Source: the human T2T-CHM13v2.0 reference genome, Homo sapiens
Assembly: GCF_009914755.1 (NCBI RefSeq)
Contig: NC_060931.1
DNA length: 64,000 nt
Direction: 5' to 3' (one strand)
This document shows, in pieces, positions 1 to 12,894 of the stretch (within the stretch, counting starts at the first letter, position 1; each line of letters starts with the position of its first letter). The notes under the pieces were generated by a model, which saw nothing but the letters and a program-made list of their open reading frames with translations, searched no databases and had not been told where the DNA came from. Made by a program: the position numbers and the translations under genes.

Positions 1-391
1 AAAGCCATGGGACACCACCTTGTGAATCAGCATGCCCTGGATGTAAGACATGAAGTCAAAGGAGATCATTTTGGAAATTTAAGGTTTAATGACTGCCCTA
101 TTGGATTTTGGACTTGCATGGGACCTGTAGCCTCTTTGTTTTGACCAATTTCTCCCATTTGGAATGGGAGCATTTACCCAACGCCTGTACTCCCATTGTC
201 TAGGAAGTAACTAACTTGCTTTTGATTTTGCAGGCTCATAGGCATAAGGGACTTGCCTTGTCTCAGATGAGAATTTGGACATGGCTTTTGGGTTAATGTT
301 GGAATGAGTTAAGTCTTGGAGGACTGTTGGGAAGGCATGATTGTGTTTTGAAATGTGAGGACATGAGATTTGGGAGGGGCCAGGGATTGAA
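1..391 (+). mobile_element. THE1 (MaLR) internal region, 3' end, cut by window edge
   Basis: Closely resembles 44530-44906; ends in the purine-rich tract tgggaggggccagggattgaa directly before an LTR. Confidence 0.9.
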
Positions 392-746
392 TGGTATGGT
401 TTGTCTCTGTGTCCTTACGCAAATCTCATCCTGAATTATAATAATAATACCCATGTCTCAAGATCAGGACCAGGTGGAGATATTTGAATCATGGGGGAGT
501 TTTCCCCCATGCTGTTCTCATGATAGTGAGTTCTCATGAGATCTGTTGGTTTTATAACGGACTTCCCCATTTGCTCTGCACTCATTCTCTCTCCCTCCAT
601 CTTGTGAGGTGGTGCCTTCAACCATGATGGTAGTTTCCTGAGGCCTCTCTAGCCATGTGGAACTGTGAGTCAATTAAACCCCTTTTCTTTATAAATTATC
701 CAGTCTTGGTTATTTCTTAATAGCAGCCTGAGAAGAAACTAATATA
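392..746 (+). mobile_element. THE1C/D-type 3' LTR
   Basis: Starts tggtatggtttg, contains gaactgtgagtcaattaaacc, ends ctaatata; typical ~355 bp THE1 LTR. Confidence 0.9.
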
Positions 747-1163
747 CCAAACCAAAAGTTAAAAATTAAATTTAGTAGTATGCTGCTCATTTCCACTACC
801 AAAACATTAATGTACACATACTTCAGAATACTTATTATTTTTGACACTCTAACGGGAAAGAATCTGAGATTATAAAGACGTTTTTGGTGAGGTTAATCTG
901 AGCAGCATTAGTGGCTAACATATTGGGAATAGGCAAACTTATACTATGGATCACTAATTAGAATATCCTTTTAATCTCCAGTGTCAGTTTCCGTAGTCAC
1001 AAAATGAGGTTGCTGAGCTAAATGATCATTAATATACTTTCATATTTGATTATTCTTTTCTAAGCAGGTTTTAAGTTTTCAAATAAAGAAATGTTGATGA
1101 GAGTGGGTCTGCAAGAAAAGAAAACAGAGAAGCCTGGTTTAGGGTACTATGATTATTTTGCTT

Positions 1164-1200
1164 TTATATATATATATATGTATAGTATATATATGTATAG

Positions 1201-1228
<28 letters not shown>
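1164..1228. repeat. Interrupted (TA)n microsatellite
   Basis: Directly visible TA runs with tgtatag interruptions. Confidence 0.95.
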
Positions 1229-1231
<3 letters not shown>

Positions 1232-1933
1232 TCACTTGCCAATAGGATGGTAAAATTCTTGTATTTTGGCTGTGTTAGAAAAAAATTGTTCTTAGTTTAA
1301 CTTATCAATTCTATTTATTTTTTTCTACAATGCTTAAGAGAATGCACACTAAATGTATGTCAAGCCATACAATATTCATCAATTAAAAACAAGAAGAAAC
1401 TTTATATGTACTCAGTGTATCTGAATAGATTCACTCTGTTCTGGCTCAGATTATTAATATAAAGATTTTTATTGCTTCTATATTTTCCTTTTAATCATTA
1501 GTTTAATTATCTCAAGCCCATATCTATTTTTTCTTCTGAGATAAAGTACTGCCACTAAATATTCAGGCTCCAGTTACATGTCAAGTAAATGGCCCTTGAA
1601 ATCTAATCCTCTAAATCTTTAAATTCAAACACTTATTTCCAGAATATATCTGTGGCTCTAAGCTATTAAATACAAAATCTTCACATTTTGGCCTTCACTT
1701 ACACATTGCACTTAAACCTCATTCCAATATTGGTGGTATTTTATTAGCAAATTTGATCTGCATCCATGGTCAGTGATCTTGCTGATTACCCAAACTTTAC
1801 ATATTGACATTTAAACAAACTTATATGATGAAATAGAATACTGTGTGGTTGGAGTAGGGCAATGTTGGAGGGCAGTGTAGGATTCTCAACTTTCTTTAGT
1901 ATAAGGAAGGGAGATTCTGAAAGCAAACACATG

Positions 1934-2733
1934 ATATATCAGGATCCCCCTCTTAGGAGCCTGTGGGCACCTACCCAAGCCTGGAAATAAAGGAATTAGT
2001 TCCTTCAAATAAATTCCAGGCACTTCACTAGCCCAGAGAAAAATCTTGGGTTCCTTCAAAAGAAATTCCAGGCACCTCACTAGCCCCGAGAGGAAAATAA
2101 GCAACTTGATAAGCAAGAAGGCAATAGTAGCTTAAAATTAGCCAAGGTAGCAACAATCACATTTTGTTCCCTAGATAAACTAAATACAACATCTTAACAT
2201 ATGTCTGAGTGTTCTTCAGAAAACTGGACCCCAACAAAATGGATCTGTGGGAATATAGACCCCAGCAAAGGGGAACTGAAATTTTACCACCATTCATTGT
2301 TCTAATTTCCTTCCTACAGTCCTGGAAAGTTGCAACCATGAGCCAGAGCTAACATTCTTTTCTGCTGACCCCAATTCCTTTTTAAAGCTTCTCTTCCTTA
2401 ATCAATTGCAAATCAGAAAAGTTTTGATTCTTTCTATGGCCTTTAGTCCCCTGCCCAAGTTATTTCAGCCTTTTAGGCCAAAACCAATGTGTAATCTCCA
2501 TGTATTGAACTACAATTTTGCCTGTAACTTCTGTTTTCCTGAAATTTACACCTGCCTTTTAAAATTCTTCCTTGTAAGCCATTGGAGGAGGTTAGGACTT
2601 AAGCTTTAGCTGCCTGATCCTTCTTGTTTGGCACCCGGACAATAAGCAGCTTCCTTTCTCCTGCTGCCAACTTTGGTGTGGGTATCTGGTCTTACAGCAC
2701 TGGGCAAATGGAGCCCAGTTCAGTTCAAAAACA
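1934..2733 (+). mobile_element. ERV1 solo LTR, MER34/MER39 group
   Basis: Motifs gttccttcaa..aaattccaggcac, ttttctgctgacccca, aaaccaatgtgtaatctccatgtattga; aataag at ~2641; end cagttcagttcaaaaaca. Confidence 0.7.
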
Positions 2734-3990
2734 AACAGAACTTAGAAAACAAGGGGTGGCCTCTCTGCGCACAATATCCAGATAAAGTCTCCTTCAACTC
2801 CTCAACCAATTTTGTGGCCTATAAAAGCTCATACCTCCCCTCAAAATTTTGGATAATTTCTTCAGCACTTTCATTCTTTGGGTCTCCTCTTGTTGGGTGG
2901 TGAATTTTTAAAGTATCATCATTCTTCTGTTTCATGCTGAGGCTCACATGGTTTTGAAATTGCCTCCTTTTTGCTCTCAGTCAAAAGCTATTCACAGACA
3001 ACATTTATTTATAATAGATTTACTGAACTATTTTGGAGTTTTGAATGCAGTTATATTGTGTAGCACAAAGCCTAAACTATCCTTACGAAACCTACCTGTG
3101 TTGCTCCCTTAAATCTTTTCTCTCCACACTCTTCGTTTTATGATGTAGAGTAGTTAATTCTTAACTGACTGTACATTTATATTTGCATACGCAGGTAATT
3201 GAGGTACACAGTAGAATAAATATTCCTCTTGTGCAACACATCTGGGAAGAGAGCTATGCTTATGGGCAATTTTATTTTTTTTCTTACAGGAACAGTATGT
3301 AAAAAAGATCTCCTGTCATTACAGAGCTGGGTCCAAATCTCATCAAACTGAGGGAATAGAAGTTGCAGGGATGAACATCCTCCATATGATTTTAGGAGCC
3401 AATCAAAGTAAAATTCCTTAGCAAGACCTATACTAAACAGGCTATTTCTAATTGTTAATAGTTAGCATACATCACAATGACTGAGTACAATCATATCTTG
3501 GCTTAGTTCTTTGTTTCCTAGCAACTAGGCTTTTCTATAGGCATGTTAACTGAGATTAAGACATTAGCATTGTATTAAATCATAAGATCTCAAAAAAAAC
3601 CTCACATCATTAAACTATAATAAAAAATAGGTCAGTTACTGTAAACCAATCTGTGATATTTTTTCTTTCCCACAAAAGTAGATATTTACTTCCTTACACT
3701 CATTATAGTGCCTGGAAAGCAGGAAGGATTCACTGTATTCTTTGTTCTTCCACTCCACCCCTGAAATACAGAGTGACTGATATGCCAGTGTTTCAGAAGG
3801 CATCATGCTCTGTTTATGAGTTTTTATAGCCCATTTCTCATCTTTTTTTTGTGAACATTCAGCAATGGCCTTTGGAAAAGTTAGCAATTGGATACATACT
3901 TACTCTTTACCATATGTTTGGGAGTCCTAAAGAATCTAAGTTGCTACCCCAGTCCATAATTAAACTTGAAAAAAAAGTGTTAAAAGTCAG

Positions 3991-4660
3991 TCTGGTGATC
4001 ACCTTTCTACACTCTGTTTCTATGAGGTAAACTTATTTAAATTCCACATATAAGTGAAAATATGTAGTATTTATCTTCCTGTGCCTGGCTTATTTTTCCT
4101 GGTATAATGTCCTCCAGAAACATTCATGTCATTGCAAATGATAAAATTTCCTTGTTTATGAAGGTTGTATAGTATTCCGTTGTGTGTGTGTTTGTGTGTG
4201 AGTGTTTATACTACTTTTTTTTTTTCCATTCACTCATTGATGGACACTTAGGCTGCTTTCATATTGTAGCAAATGAACATGGGAATGCAGATATCTCTTT
4301 GACATACTGATTTCAATTCCTTTGGATATATAACCAGTAGGGGAATTGCAGGATCATATAATTTGAAATACAGGTGGAGGAATGGGGACATGTTGATCAA
4401 AGGGTGTAAGTTTTAGTTTGATTAGATGTATACATTTTAGTGGTCTATTGCACTGCTTGATGACCACAATTAATAACAATGTATTGTTATGTTTTGCAGT
4501 TGCTAAAAGAATAGATTTTAGTGCTTTTGCCAGAAACAATAAGTTGGTGAGGTCATGCATATGTTAATTAGCTTGATTTAATCTTTCTACAGTGTATGCA
4601 CAGATCAAAACATCACATTATAACAAGTAAATATACAAAATCTGTGTCAATTTTTAAAAT
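3991..4660 (+). mobile_element. Old L1MA 3' fragment with 5' inversion (3991-4360 antisense, ~4372-4660 sense)
   Basis: Antisense piece reads tatatgatcctgcaattcccctactgg...gtgatcaccaga; sense piece continues ggaatggggacatgttgatcaaaggg to the L1MA terminus. Confidence 0.8.
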
Positions 4661-5116
4661 CTGCTTTATTTACATGTGTATATGATGATTTCTCCTATAT
4701 TTACTTCACTATGAAGAGAAAAAAATACAATTACATCTTTTCTTAAAGAAATCCATATTTTGGATTTTGGGTAATTAGGTTATTTGTAGCCTAAGTGTTC
4801 TGATAGGTTTAAAATAATTCTGTTTGTAGATATCTCAAATGTTCTCATTTTTAATGTTGGGATAATATTTCCCTGCATACTTCTGTACACTAATGGAAGT
4901 GGACATTTCAAACATATTTTTAAAGGAGTTATCACACTTTGCAAATTATAGATTTATAAATGTTAGAACATTTCTTTCACTAGAAATTTAAGATAATATT
5001 TTAATATAAAATATAGTGATCTCATGATCATGAATAAGTGATATTCTAATATCATAAGAAAGTAAAATTTTATAAGAACACTAATTACATAAAAATATTA
5101 AAAATGGCTCTTTCCT

Positions 5117-5447
5117 GAATAAAATTCTGACACATGCTACAACTTGGATAAAACTTGAAGATATTTTAGGTGAAATAAGTTAGACACAAAAGACACATTT
5201 GTATGATTTCACTTACATGCGGTAACTATAGAAGTCAAATTCATAGAGACCAAAAATAGAATGGTGGTTTCCAGGGGAGAATTATTATTAAATGGGTACA
5301 GAATTTCAGTTTAAGATAAAAAATTCTAAAAATGAATAATAGTGATGGTTGCACAATAATGTACAGGCACTTAATGCCACTAAAATATTAATCTAAAAGT
5401 GATTAAAATGCTAAATTTTATGTTACATGTATTTTACATAATAAAAA
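5117..5447 (+). mobile_element. L1MB 3' end
   Basis: acatgctacaacttggata...tcaaattcatagagac...gtgatggttgcacaataatgt...ttttatgttacatgtattttac. Confidence 0.8.
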
Positions 5448-5499
5448 CAAGCTTTTTTCAAATATATATCAAATTCATTGACAAATGACGGCTGTTTCT

Positions 5500-6505
5500 A
5501 AGGGTGAGATTAGGAAAATATAAGAGGAATTCAGAGCATCTTACCCTGACAGAAAGTAATGATGTGCTAACAGAATTTAAAAAAAAAAAAAAAAAGAATG
5601 CCAAAAAGATATAACAACCAAGCTGAAAACATTCCCAATGGTGAAAGTAGGAACAATTTCTGTATCAAAAGTAAACAGCATTTGATTATAACTCAAATAC
5701 AATATGTATGAGTCCATAGAGATATAAATGATTGAATAAATACATAAAATGGAGAAGAGAGAAACAATTCCTCCTTGCAGAATAACCCCTATTAACAAAT
5801 ATGGAAATAGTGAAATAGAAAAACACTATTAGTACAACAGTAATAATTGCTGGAGGCAAGATCCAGAGATTTATGGTAATACTCATGAGCAAAAATTTAA
5901 AGACAAACAATATTTTCACATTCTCAAAATATGTCCCCTGATATATTTTATAATTACAAATGAAAACAAAATAACACTATATTGGAGAACCCTGGCAGAC
6001 ATTGCAAAATTACTAATTTTTTCCCTTTGTAATAATATAAATATTATGTTACACCCGATCTGATGCACTAAGACACATCATCTCTGTAACATTCTCCCCC
6101 AAAATACTATACTCTTTGACTATACTATGAATAGTAAAACACCACAAATTAAAAGATAGTCTACCAAATGCTTAACCAGTACTTTTCAAACTTGTCAAGA
6201 TCAAGAAAGACAAGAAAAGACTGAGGATCTGTCTTAGATTGGGGGATAAAAAGGTTAGTAACAATGAAGTGCAATGTGGGAAACCAAATTGGATTCTGAA
6301 ATTGAAAAAGGATATTAGTGAAAATACTGGTGAAACATGAATAAGTTATGTAGTTATTTTTTTAGTTTGGAGTATTATGCAGTGGGTATGTAGGATATTA
6401 ACTTTAGGATAAGCTACATGAAATATGAGGGAACTTTAAATGTTATTTTTGCAACTCTTCTGTTGAGTCTAAATTCTTTTAAAGTACAAAAGTTTTTTTT
6501 TTAAA
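5500..6505 (+). mobile_element. L1MC/MD 3' region
   Basis: ggagaaccctggcagac, tttcaaacttgtcaagatcaagaaagacaagaaaagactgagg, ttgcaactcttctg terminal motifs. Confidence 0.7.
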
Positions 6506-7999
6506 TGAATTTCATCCATTATTTAAAATAGGGCATTTTAGGGGCAACAATTTTCCTTTCTCTGTTTTGGGGATTATTTTAGATACTTGAAGTTAATCAA
6601 ACAGTATTTTTTTACTAGATGTATACTCATTGTTTCTTCATTCATTCATTCGTTTGTTCATCACTCAATTCATTTATTTCAATACTAAATTTTCACTGAA
6701 TTACTTAGGTTTTGCCACATACAAATAAATGTAAACAATGTAGATCATCTTATTTTTAGAAACTTTAACTGGTATTTCAATGTAATATTTAACACTGTTT
6801 TTCTCACTTTATAGTCATATAGGCTATTATATATTTTCTCTTTTAAATAAGGACTATCTAGAAAATTAATGTTAACATTTACCTATTAGTTTAATTCTTG
6901 TCTTTACTCCCGTTTGTTATTAATTTCATTATGCATATTCTACCAAACCTTTATTAAGGTAATTATTAAATCATTATTTCCTTTTCTTATTTTTCACAAA
7001 ATGCTCCAAAAAAATTAAAAAAAAAATCAAAGGAACTCTGTAATAGAGCAATCTAATAGAAATGCTCTCTCTCCCCTTCTATTTATGTTTAGTTACAATC
7101 ATTTCCAAAAGAAAAGTATCTTTTCTAAACACGAACCCAAAATTTACAATGAGACTATTAAAGGAAAATATTATCTGTTTATTCTCTACTAAAAAAATTA
7201 GACCTAATGCAGACATAACATAACAACAACATCTTTTCATTCGGATAATTTCACATCATGCCAGTCTCCTTTAATGAAGCTTCCAGTCACTAATCTATCA
7301 AAACATGAAGTGTGTGTAAGCATCATAAATAAATATATGAAAATACTTCTTTGAGCCTACAGAACCATCTGTTTATCTTGTGTACTCTGTATTGCTATAA
7401 AAGTTAATTTCTGACTTGAAATTTGCATTCCCAAGGGCTGTAAGACTACTATCGCTTTGCTTGACAAAGCAGCAAAAAACCTGACAGTTGTCAGAAAAAA
7501 AAATTGATAAGGTTTCTATACATAAAAAGAAAAATGAACTCATTTTTATCTCTCTCCAAGTTATCTCAGCTTTAAAACGTCCCAGAAAAGTGAATAGAAA
7601 TGAAAGAGTTCATTTTGAAAGATGCTACTAATTGATATTGGAATCATAGTAACTAATTCTCTTGAGTAGACTTGAATTAAAACTGTAAAGTAGATGACTT
7701 TTAAATTTGAGAATCTTAATGGCAATTATTCTACTTTCTTTTTGGTCTCTGTCATGCTTTATGGTCCTGCAATCTTTGCCACTGTTATCACCTCTGCAGC
7801 CCTGTGATACTTATGTGTTACTTTGTATAGACATTTGACTTGTGCTTTCTCTTCTTGCTCTTCTCCCCTGCTCCCTTCCTTCTGTCTTTTTTTCCCATCC
7901 ATCTGAGAAATATTAGGCATTCATTATGGCATTGAAAATAAAATAGACAGTCAGAGCTCTAAGTCACACACAGACTGTGTGGCTCAAGGTCCAGAAGAT

Positions 8000-8529
8000 A
8001 AGAGAGACAGGAAATAATAGATATATTTTGTATTTTATGATACCTCTTCTTACCACAGACAGTAGCCTGTGCTGCAGTACACAGTTCTAGTGAGACCAGA
8101 CTCACCTGGTGCTGACACTGACCCCATTCATATACTGAGCTTCTTGTCACTCTTTTTCCCCAGTGCCTTCTTCAATACCATTATAACTATATTGGCCTCT
8201 GTCCACATGCTTACCAAAAGTTTTGGTGATTGAGGCCCCTTTAGGCAACTCTCAGACAGTAGAAGAAAGCAGCAGGGAGATAAATGGCCCAGCCTTTCAT
8301 AGATCAGGCAAACAATACTGGAAGCCATTTCCCCAAGAGCTGCTAGTAGAATTGAGCCTCCGTAGTTCATGAATGTAAAATATATACTACAACCTGAAAT
8401 ATAATTTTCTTTATTTAATGAATCATTCACTTTGTTCCATCACATCTCCTTGCTGGCTGAAATTCTCCCAAAAATATGTACACTCATATCCTTGTCTCAA
8501 GTTCTTCTGGAGGATCACAACTAAAAATA
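8000..8529 (+). mobile_element. Ancient ERVL LTR, LTR16-like
   Basis: 3' end ctcccaaaaatatgtacactcatatccttgtctcaagttcttctggaggatcacaactaaaaata resembles the LTR16 terminus; heavily diverged. Confidence 0.55.
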
Positions 8530-9996
8530 TAAATTTATTAAATAAATATATGATTATGAATCAGATTAACTTCGATGACTAATAATGAAGAGAGTTTTAC
8601 AACAGAGAAATAATTTTGGATCTTTTTTTTTCCCTCAAAACTTGTTAGAGGCCCATTGTGTTAACCAATGTAATGAGTCTGTGACAAGTTTTGTGATGGT
8701 TTGTACAAGCTTCTTAGTAGTGTTTATTGATATCAATGAAGTTAATGATTTATACTTTGCGAGAATCCTGGGGAGCTCTGCCACTGATACTCTCCACATA
8801 GCTAGAAATATGCCCGTCCATTTAACTAGCAGCATATAAGAAGCTCCAGCTCAGATTTCAATTTTGGGATCCTGTTTCCTCTGTGTTCTTGGCCCACCTG
8901 TTTGGCTTGTGATCAGAAAGAGAAAGGGGATGGTTCCCTTCTGCCCAGCAGCCCCCACTGATGCGAGAGAGGCCCTATCTTGGGGATGCTGCTGTGAGAA
9001 TACTGGTGCCCCAATTGTGTTTATCTTGGCTTGTAACACTGGGATTCCATGCCAAAAGAGGCTACCTGGTGCTACCACTCTCCTCAGCCACTAAGCACAA
9101 CTTTTAAAGCAAGAATGTCACTCAGGGAAAAACACATCATTGTCCCTGCCCCCAACACCAGAAACTGGATGACAGATTTTGTCTGAGGAAAAAAGCAGGT
9201 CATACAATGGAGCTCCAAATCTCTTCCCAAAGAAATTGACTTCCTTTACAACAGAATGTGAAAGAGTACAAGCTTAAAAGTGCTCTCAAAAACAGTGGAA
9301 GTTGTGATATAAGGCAATTTGAAGATGAGTGGGGGTCATTGGACATATAGACTAAGCTGTAGGACAGCTAGTTTACTAGAAAGAAATGGGAAAAGAGACA
9401 TCTTAAATTGCAAATACCTGGCCTTAGAATTTCTCCTTCAAAAGTGCCCAAATCTGATTGGATTTGGCTGTGCAGCAATTTATGCCTGAGACATTGTTGG
9501 AAACAGAGCAATCGGCTGGCAATTAATTAAGTTGAAAATTATGTTTGATCAAGGAAAAAGAAAAACAAAGAAAGCCCAGTCAAAACCACTATCATTGCAG
9601 GTGACTATGGGCCTATCTAACATTACACCCCGAGGAGCAACATCAGAGACTTCACACTGCCAGAGGGATGAGATGAGGAAGAGAAATAGATTTTACTGAA
9701 GTAATACAGTCAGTCATTAAATAAGTAAACAAACAAATAATAATAACAATCTTTGGAGAGACTAGCACTTAGAGTTACTACAGTATATTATCCAAAATAT
9801 AAAGTTTCTAACAACACAAAAAAGATATATGCAAAGACACAGCAAAATATGACCTGTGTATGGCAGAGGGCAGGGAGGGGGAGCTGGAAGTAGGCCACAA
9901 ACATTGACTGTGACTGAGATCAAATGTCAGATTTAACACAAACAAATTTCAAAATAGCAATTATAAATATGCTCATAAAACTAAAGGAAACCATTC

Positions 9997-10116
9997 TTAT
10001 TTTGTTTTGTTTTATTATTATAATTTAAGTTCTAGGATACACATGCAGAATGTGCAGGTTTGTTACATAGGTATACATATGCCATGGCAGTTTGCTGCAC
10101 CCATCAACCCGTCATT
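9997..10116 (-). mobile_element. Short L1PA 3' terminal fragment
   Basis: T-rich tail followed by ttaagttctaggatacacatgcagaatgtgcaggtttgttacatagg. Confidence 0.85.
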
Positions 10117-10135
10117 TAAAGAAATAAAAGTTGGT

Positions 10136-10430
10136 GCTTGGTTCAGGTGCTCATGCCTTTAATCCTAACACTTTGGTAGGCTGAGGAAGGAGGATTGCTT
10201 GAGGCAAGGGTTATAGACCAGCCTGGGCAACATAGCAAGACCTTGTGTCAAAAAAAGAATCAAAAATGTTCTGGGCTTAGTGGCATGCACTTGTAGTCCT
10301 ATCTACTCAAGAGGCTGAGGTGGGAAGATTGCTTTAGCGTAGGAGTTCAAGGTTACTGTGAGCTATGATTGTATGATTGTGCCACTACACTCCAGCCTAG
10401 GTGACAGAGTTAGACTCTATCTCTAAAAAA
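10136..10430 (+). mobile_element. AluJ
   Basis: Dimeric Alu with J diagnostics (ggattgcttgag, gtgagctatgattg); highly diverged. Confidence 0.9.
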
Positions 10431-10440
10431 CAGAGAAAGA

Positions 10441-10748
10441 GGCTGGGTGCGGCAGCTCACACCTGTAATCCCAGCACTTTAGGAGTCTGAGGTGGGAAGA
10501 TCACGAGGTCAGGAGTTTGAGACCAGCCTGGCCAACACAGTGAAACCCCATCTCTACTAAAAATACAAAAATTAACCAGGCATGGTGGTGTGCACCTGCA
10601 GTCCCAGCTACTCGGGAGTCTGAGGCAGAAGAATCACTTGAACTGGGAAGCAGAGATTGCAGTGAGCCGAGATTGTGCCACTGCACTCCAGCCTGGGTGA
10701 CAGAGTGAGACTCCATCTTAAAAAAACAAAACAAAACAAAACAAAAAA
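10441..10748 (+). mobile_element. AluS (Sg-like) inserted into the AluJ tail
   Basis: Full Alu; 16 bp TSD aaaaaacagagaaaga at 10425-10440 and 10743-10758. Confidence 0.95.
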
Positions 10749-11095
10749 CAGAGAAAGAAATGATGACAATTTTGCATCATAGTGAATATTAATTAAAAGA
10801 TAGAAATTATATTTCTTAAAAAAAGGAACCAAATGAAAATTCTGGAGTTGATAAGTACAACTGAAATTAACATTACCTTAGAGGGACTCAGCAGTGGATT
10901 TGAACTGGTAGAAGAAAGAGCAAGCTTCAAGCTGTATTGATAGAATTTGTGCAATCTGAAGAATGGTGGGGAAAAAAAGAAAATGAATTGAACATCAGAG
11001 GAATATGGAATGCCGTTAATCATACTAAATGTGTATAATGGGACTACAAGAAGGATAGGAAAGAAAATGTAGAAAAGATATTTGAAAAAATAAAA

Positions 11096-11430
11096 GCCAG
11101 ATTCTATGGCTCACACCTGTTATCCCACCACTTTAGGAGGCCAAAGCAGGATGATTACTTGAGGCCAGGTGTTCACGACCAGCCTGAGCAACATAACGAG
11201 ACCCACGTGTACCCTAGAACTTAAAGTATGATTTAAAAAAAAAAAGAAAAAAAATAAGCTGGGCATAGTGGCATGTGCCTGTAATCCCAGCTACTTAGGA
11301 GGCTGAGGTGGGAGGATTGCTTGAGCCTTGGAGGTCAAGGCTGCAGTGAGCTATAATTGCACCACTGCACTCCAGCCTGGGTGACAGAATCAGATCCTGT
11401 CTCAAAATAATAATGATAATAATAATAATG
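11096..11430 (+). mobile_element. AluJ carrying an L1 3' tip in its linker
   Basis: Left arm to 11203, L1 terminus 11204-11234, right arm from ~11255, (aat)n tail. Confidence 0.9.
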
Positions 11431-12214
11431 ATGGCTGAAAAATATTAATATACACATTCAGAAAACTCAATGATCTCCAAGTAGGATAAACACAGAGAGA
11501 CCCACAAATAGTAAAAATACTGAAAGCTGAAGACAAGGAAAAAATCCTGAAAGCAGTAAAAAAAAAAAAAAAAAACATTACTTATAAGGGAACCGATGTT
11601 AGGTTAACAGCTGTATTCTTATCAGAATCAATGGAGTCCTGAAGGCAGTGGGATAACAAAGTGTTCAAATTACCAAGAATCTTACATTCGCAAGACTGCC
11701 TTTCAAATATGAAGGCAAAATAAAGAATAAACAAAACCTGAGAAAATATGTTGCTAGCTAACCTGCATTATAAGGAATATTAAAGGAAGTATTTTAGGCT
11801 GAAAGCAAGTGATCCCAGACAATAAGTCAAATCCACACTAGAAATAAAGAGCACTGGGAAAAGTAACTATGTAATTATAAAAGACATTAGAGATGTATAG
11901 TTCTGGTTCTTTCTTCTTTAACTGACTTAAAACACAATTGTATAAAATAATACATACATAATATATTGTTGGGCCTATAACATGCAGAAAATTAATATAT
12001 TTACCAACAACAGCACAAAGAAAGTAGATGAGCAGAAAAGCTTATTGGGCAAAGGAAATGACTCCAAATAGTAACTGAAACCCACAGGAACAAATGAAGA
12101 GACAGAGAATGATGAATAAGAAGACGAATAAGTTACAAATATATATTATTTTTTTCTTCCTTCTGTCAGATTTTTAATTTTTTATTTTTAATCTTTTTTT
12201 TTATTTCCATACCT

Positions 12215-12590
12215 TTTGGTGATACTCACCCAACACTTAGCCTCAGCAACAGGTAGCTGGGGTAAAGATGAGAAATGTCAATGCCCTACTCCTCCCAGGA
12301 AAATAGCCCTCAGACTGGTAGCAGGAGGGAGAAGAAACCCCGTGTTTTCAGCAGCAGCAGTTTGGAGTGAGTCTCCACATTACTGAGCTGGGAGAGGGGA
12401 GGAAGTATGTAGATTTTGGTTCAAATATTGCTAACATATGTATTTTTTAGTTTTAGTAGATTTCTATGAGTGTTTCTTCATTTGCTATATGCTGGTAAGG
12501 CTTTCTCCAGATACTTTAAATTTCTGTTTTCAAAAATAATTGTTACCAGTTTCAATGAAAAGTTGGTCTGCAGAACTCCTCATGCTCAGG
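12215..12590 (-). mobile_element. Extreme 5' end of an old L1M element, antisense
   Basis: Reverse complement reads gcatgaggagttctgcagacc...catatagcaaatgaagaaaca...gaaatctactaaa...ctcccagctcag, matching the remembered L1MC/M4 5' terminus. Confidence 0.6.
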
Positions 12591-12894
12591 GAAATTTCTC
12601 AATTATAGGGTAGGGATTCTTCGTAGAAAGTGGGTACAAGAAGAGCGTATTGAAAGTCCCTGTTCAGAAACATGGAGAGTCACTGGACTGGTGCATGAAC
12701 TTTGCCTATCAGTGGTAGTATGACATCTCCCATGAGTGTGTTGGGATGAAAAAAAGGCAGAAAATTACTGTAGTTCTTTCCTACAGTTAGAAAGTTCCTT
12801 ATATGAAGAAATGGATATGGTATCTACACAGAAATTTCCCACAGATCCCAAGTAGATAAAGAATATAGTTTTATAGTTAATTTAAAGTAATGTA

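Larger units (their letters stand above)
8910..12170 (+). mobile_element. Old L1M (L1MC/L1M4-type) 5'UTR plus degenerate ORF1, interrupted by younger elements
   Basis: 5'UTR motifs cagcccccact, gagaatactggtgcccc, gagctccaaatctcttcccaaagaaattgactt; ORF1-type aaccaaatgaaaattctggagttg and ctcaatgatctccaagtaggataaa. Confidence 0.75.

Noticed and set aside
3270-3415. Possible exon: strong acceptor tttttttcttacag at 3289 and weak donor gtaaaa near 3408
   Set aside because: Weak donor, no partner exons and no recognisable coding signal; such motifs are common in AT-rich DNA
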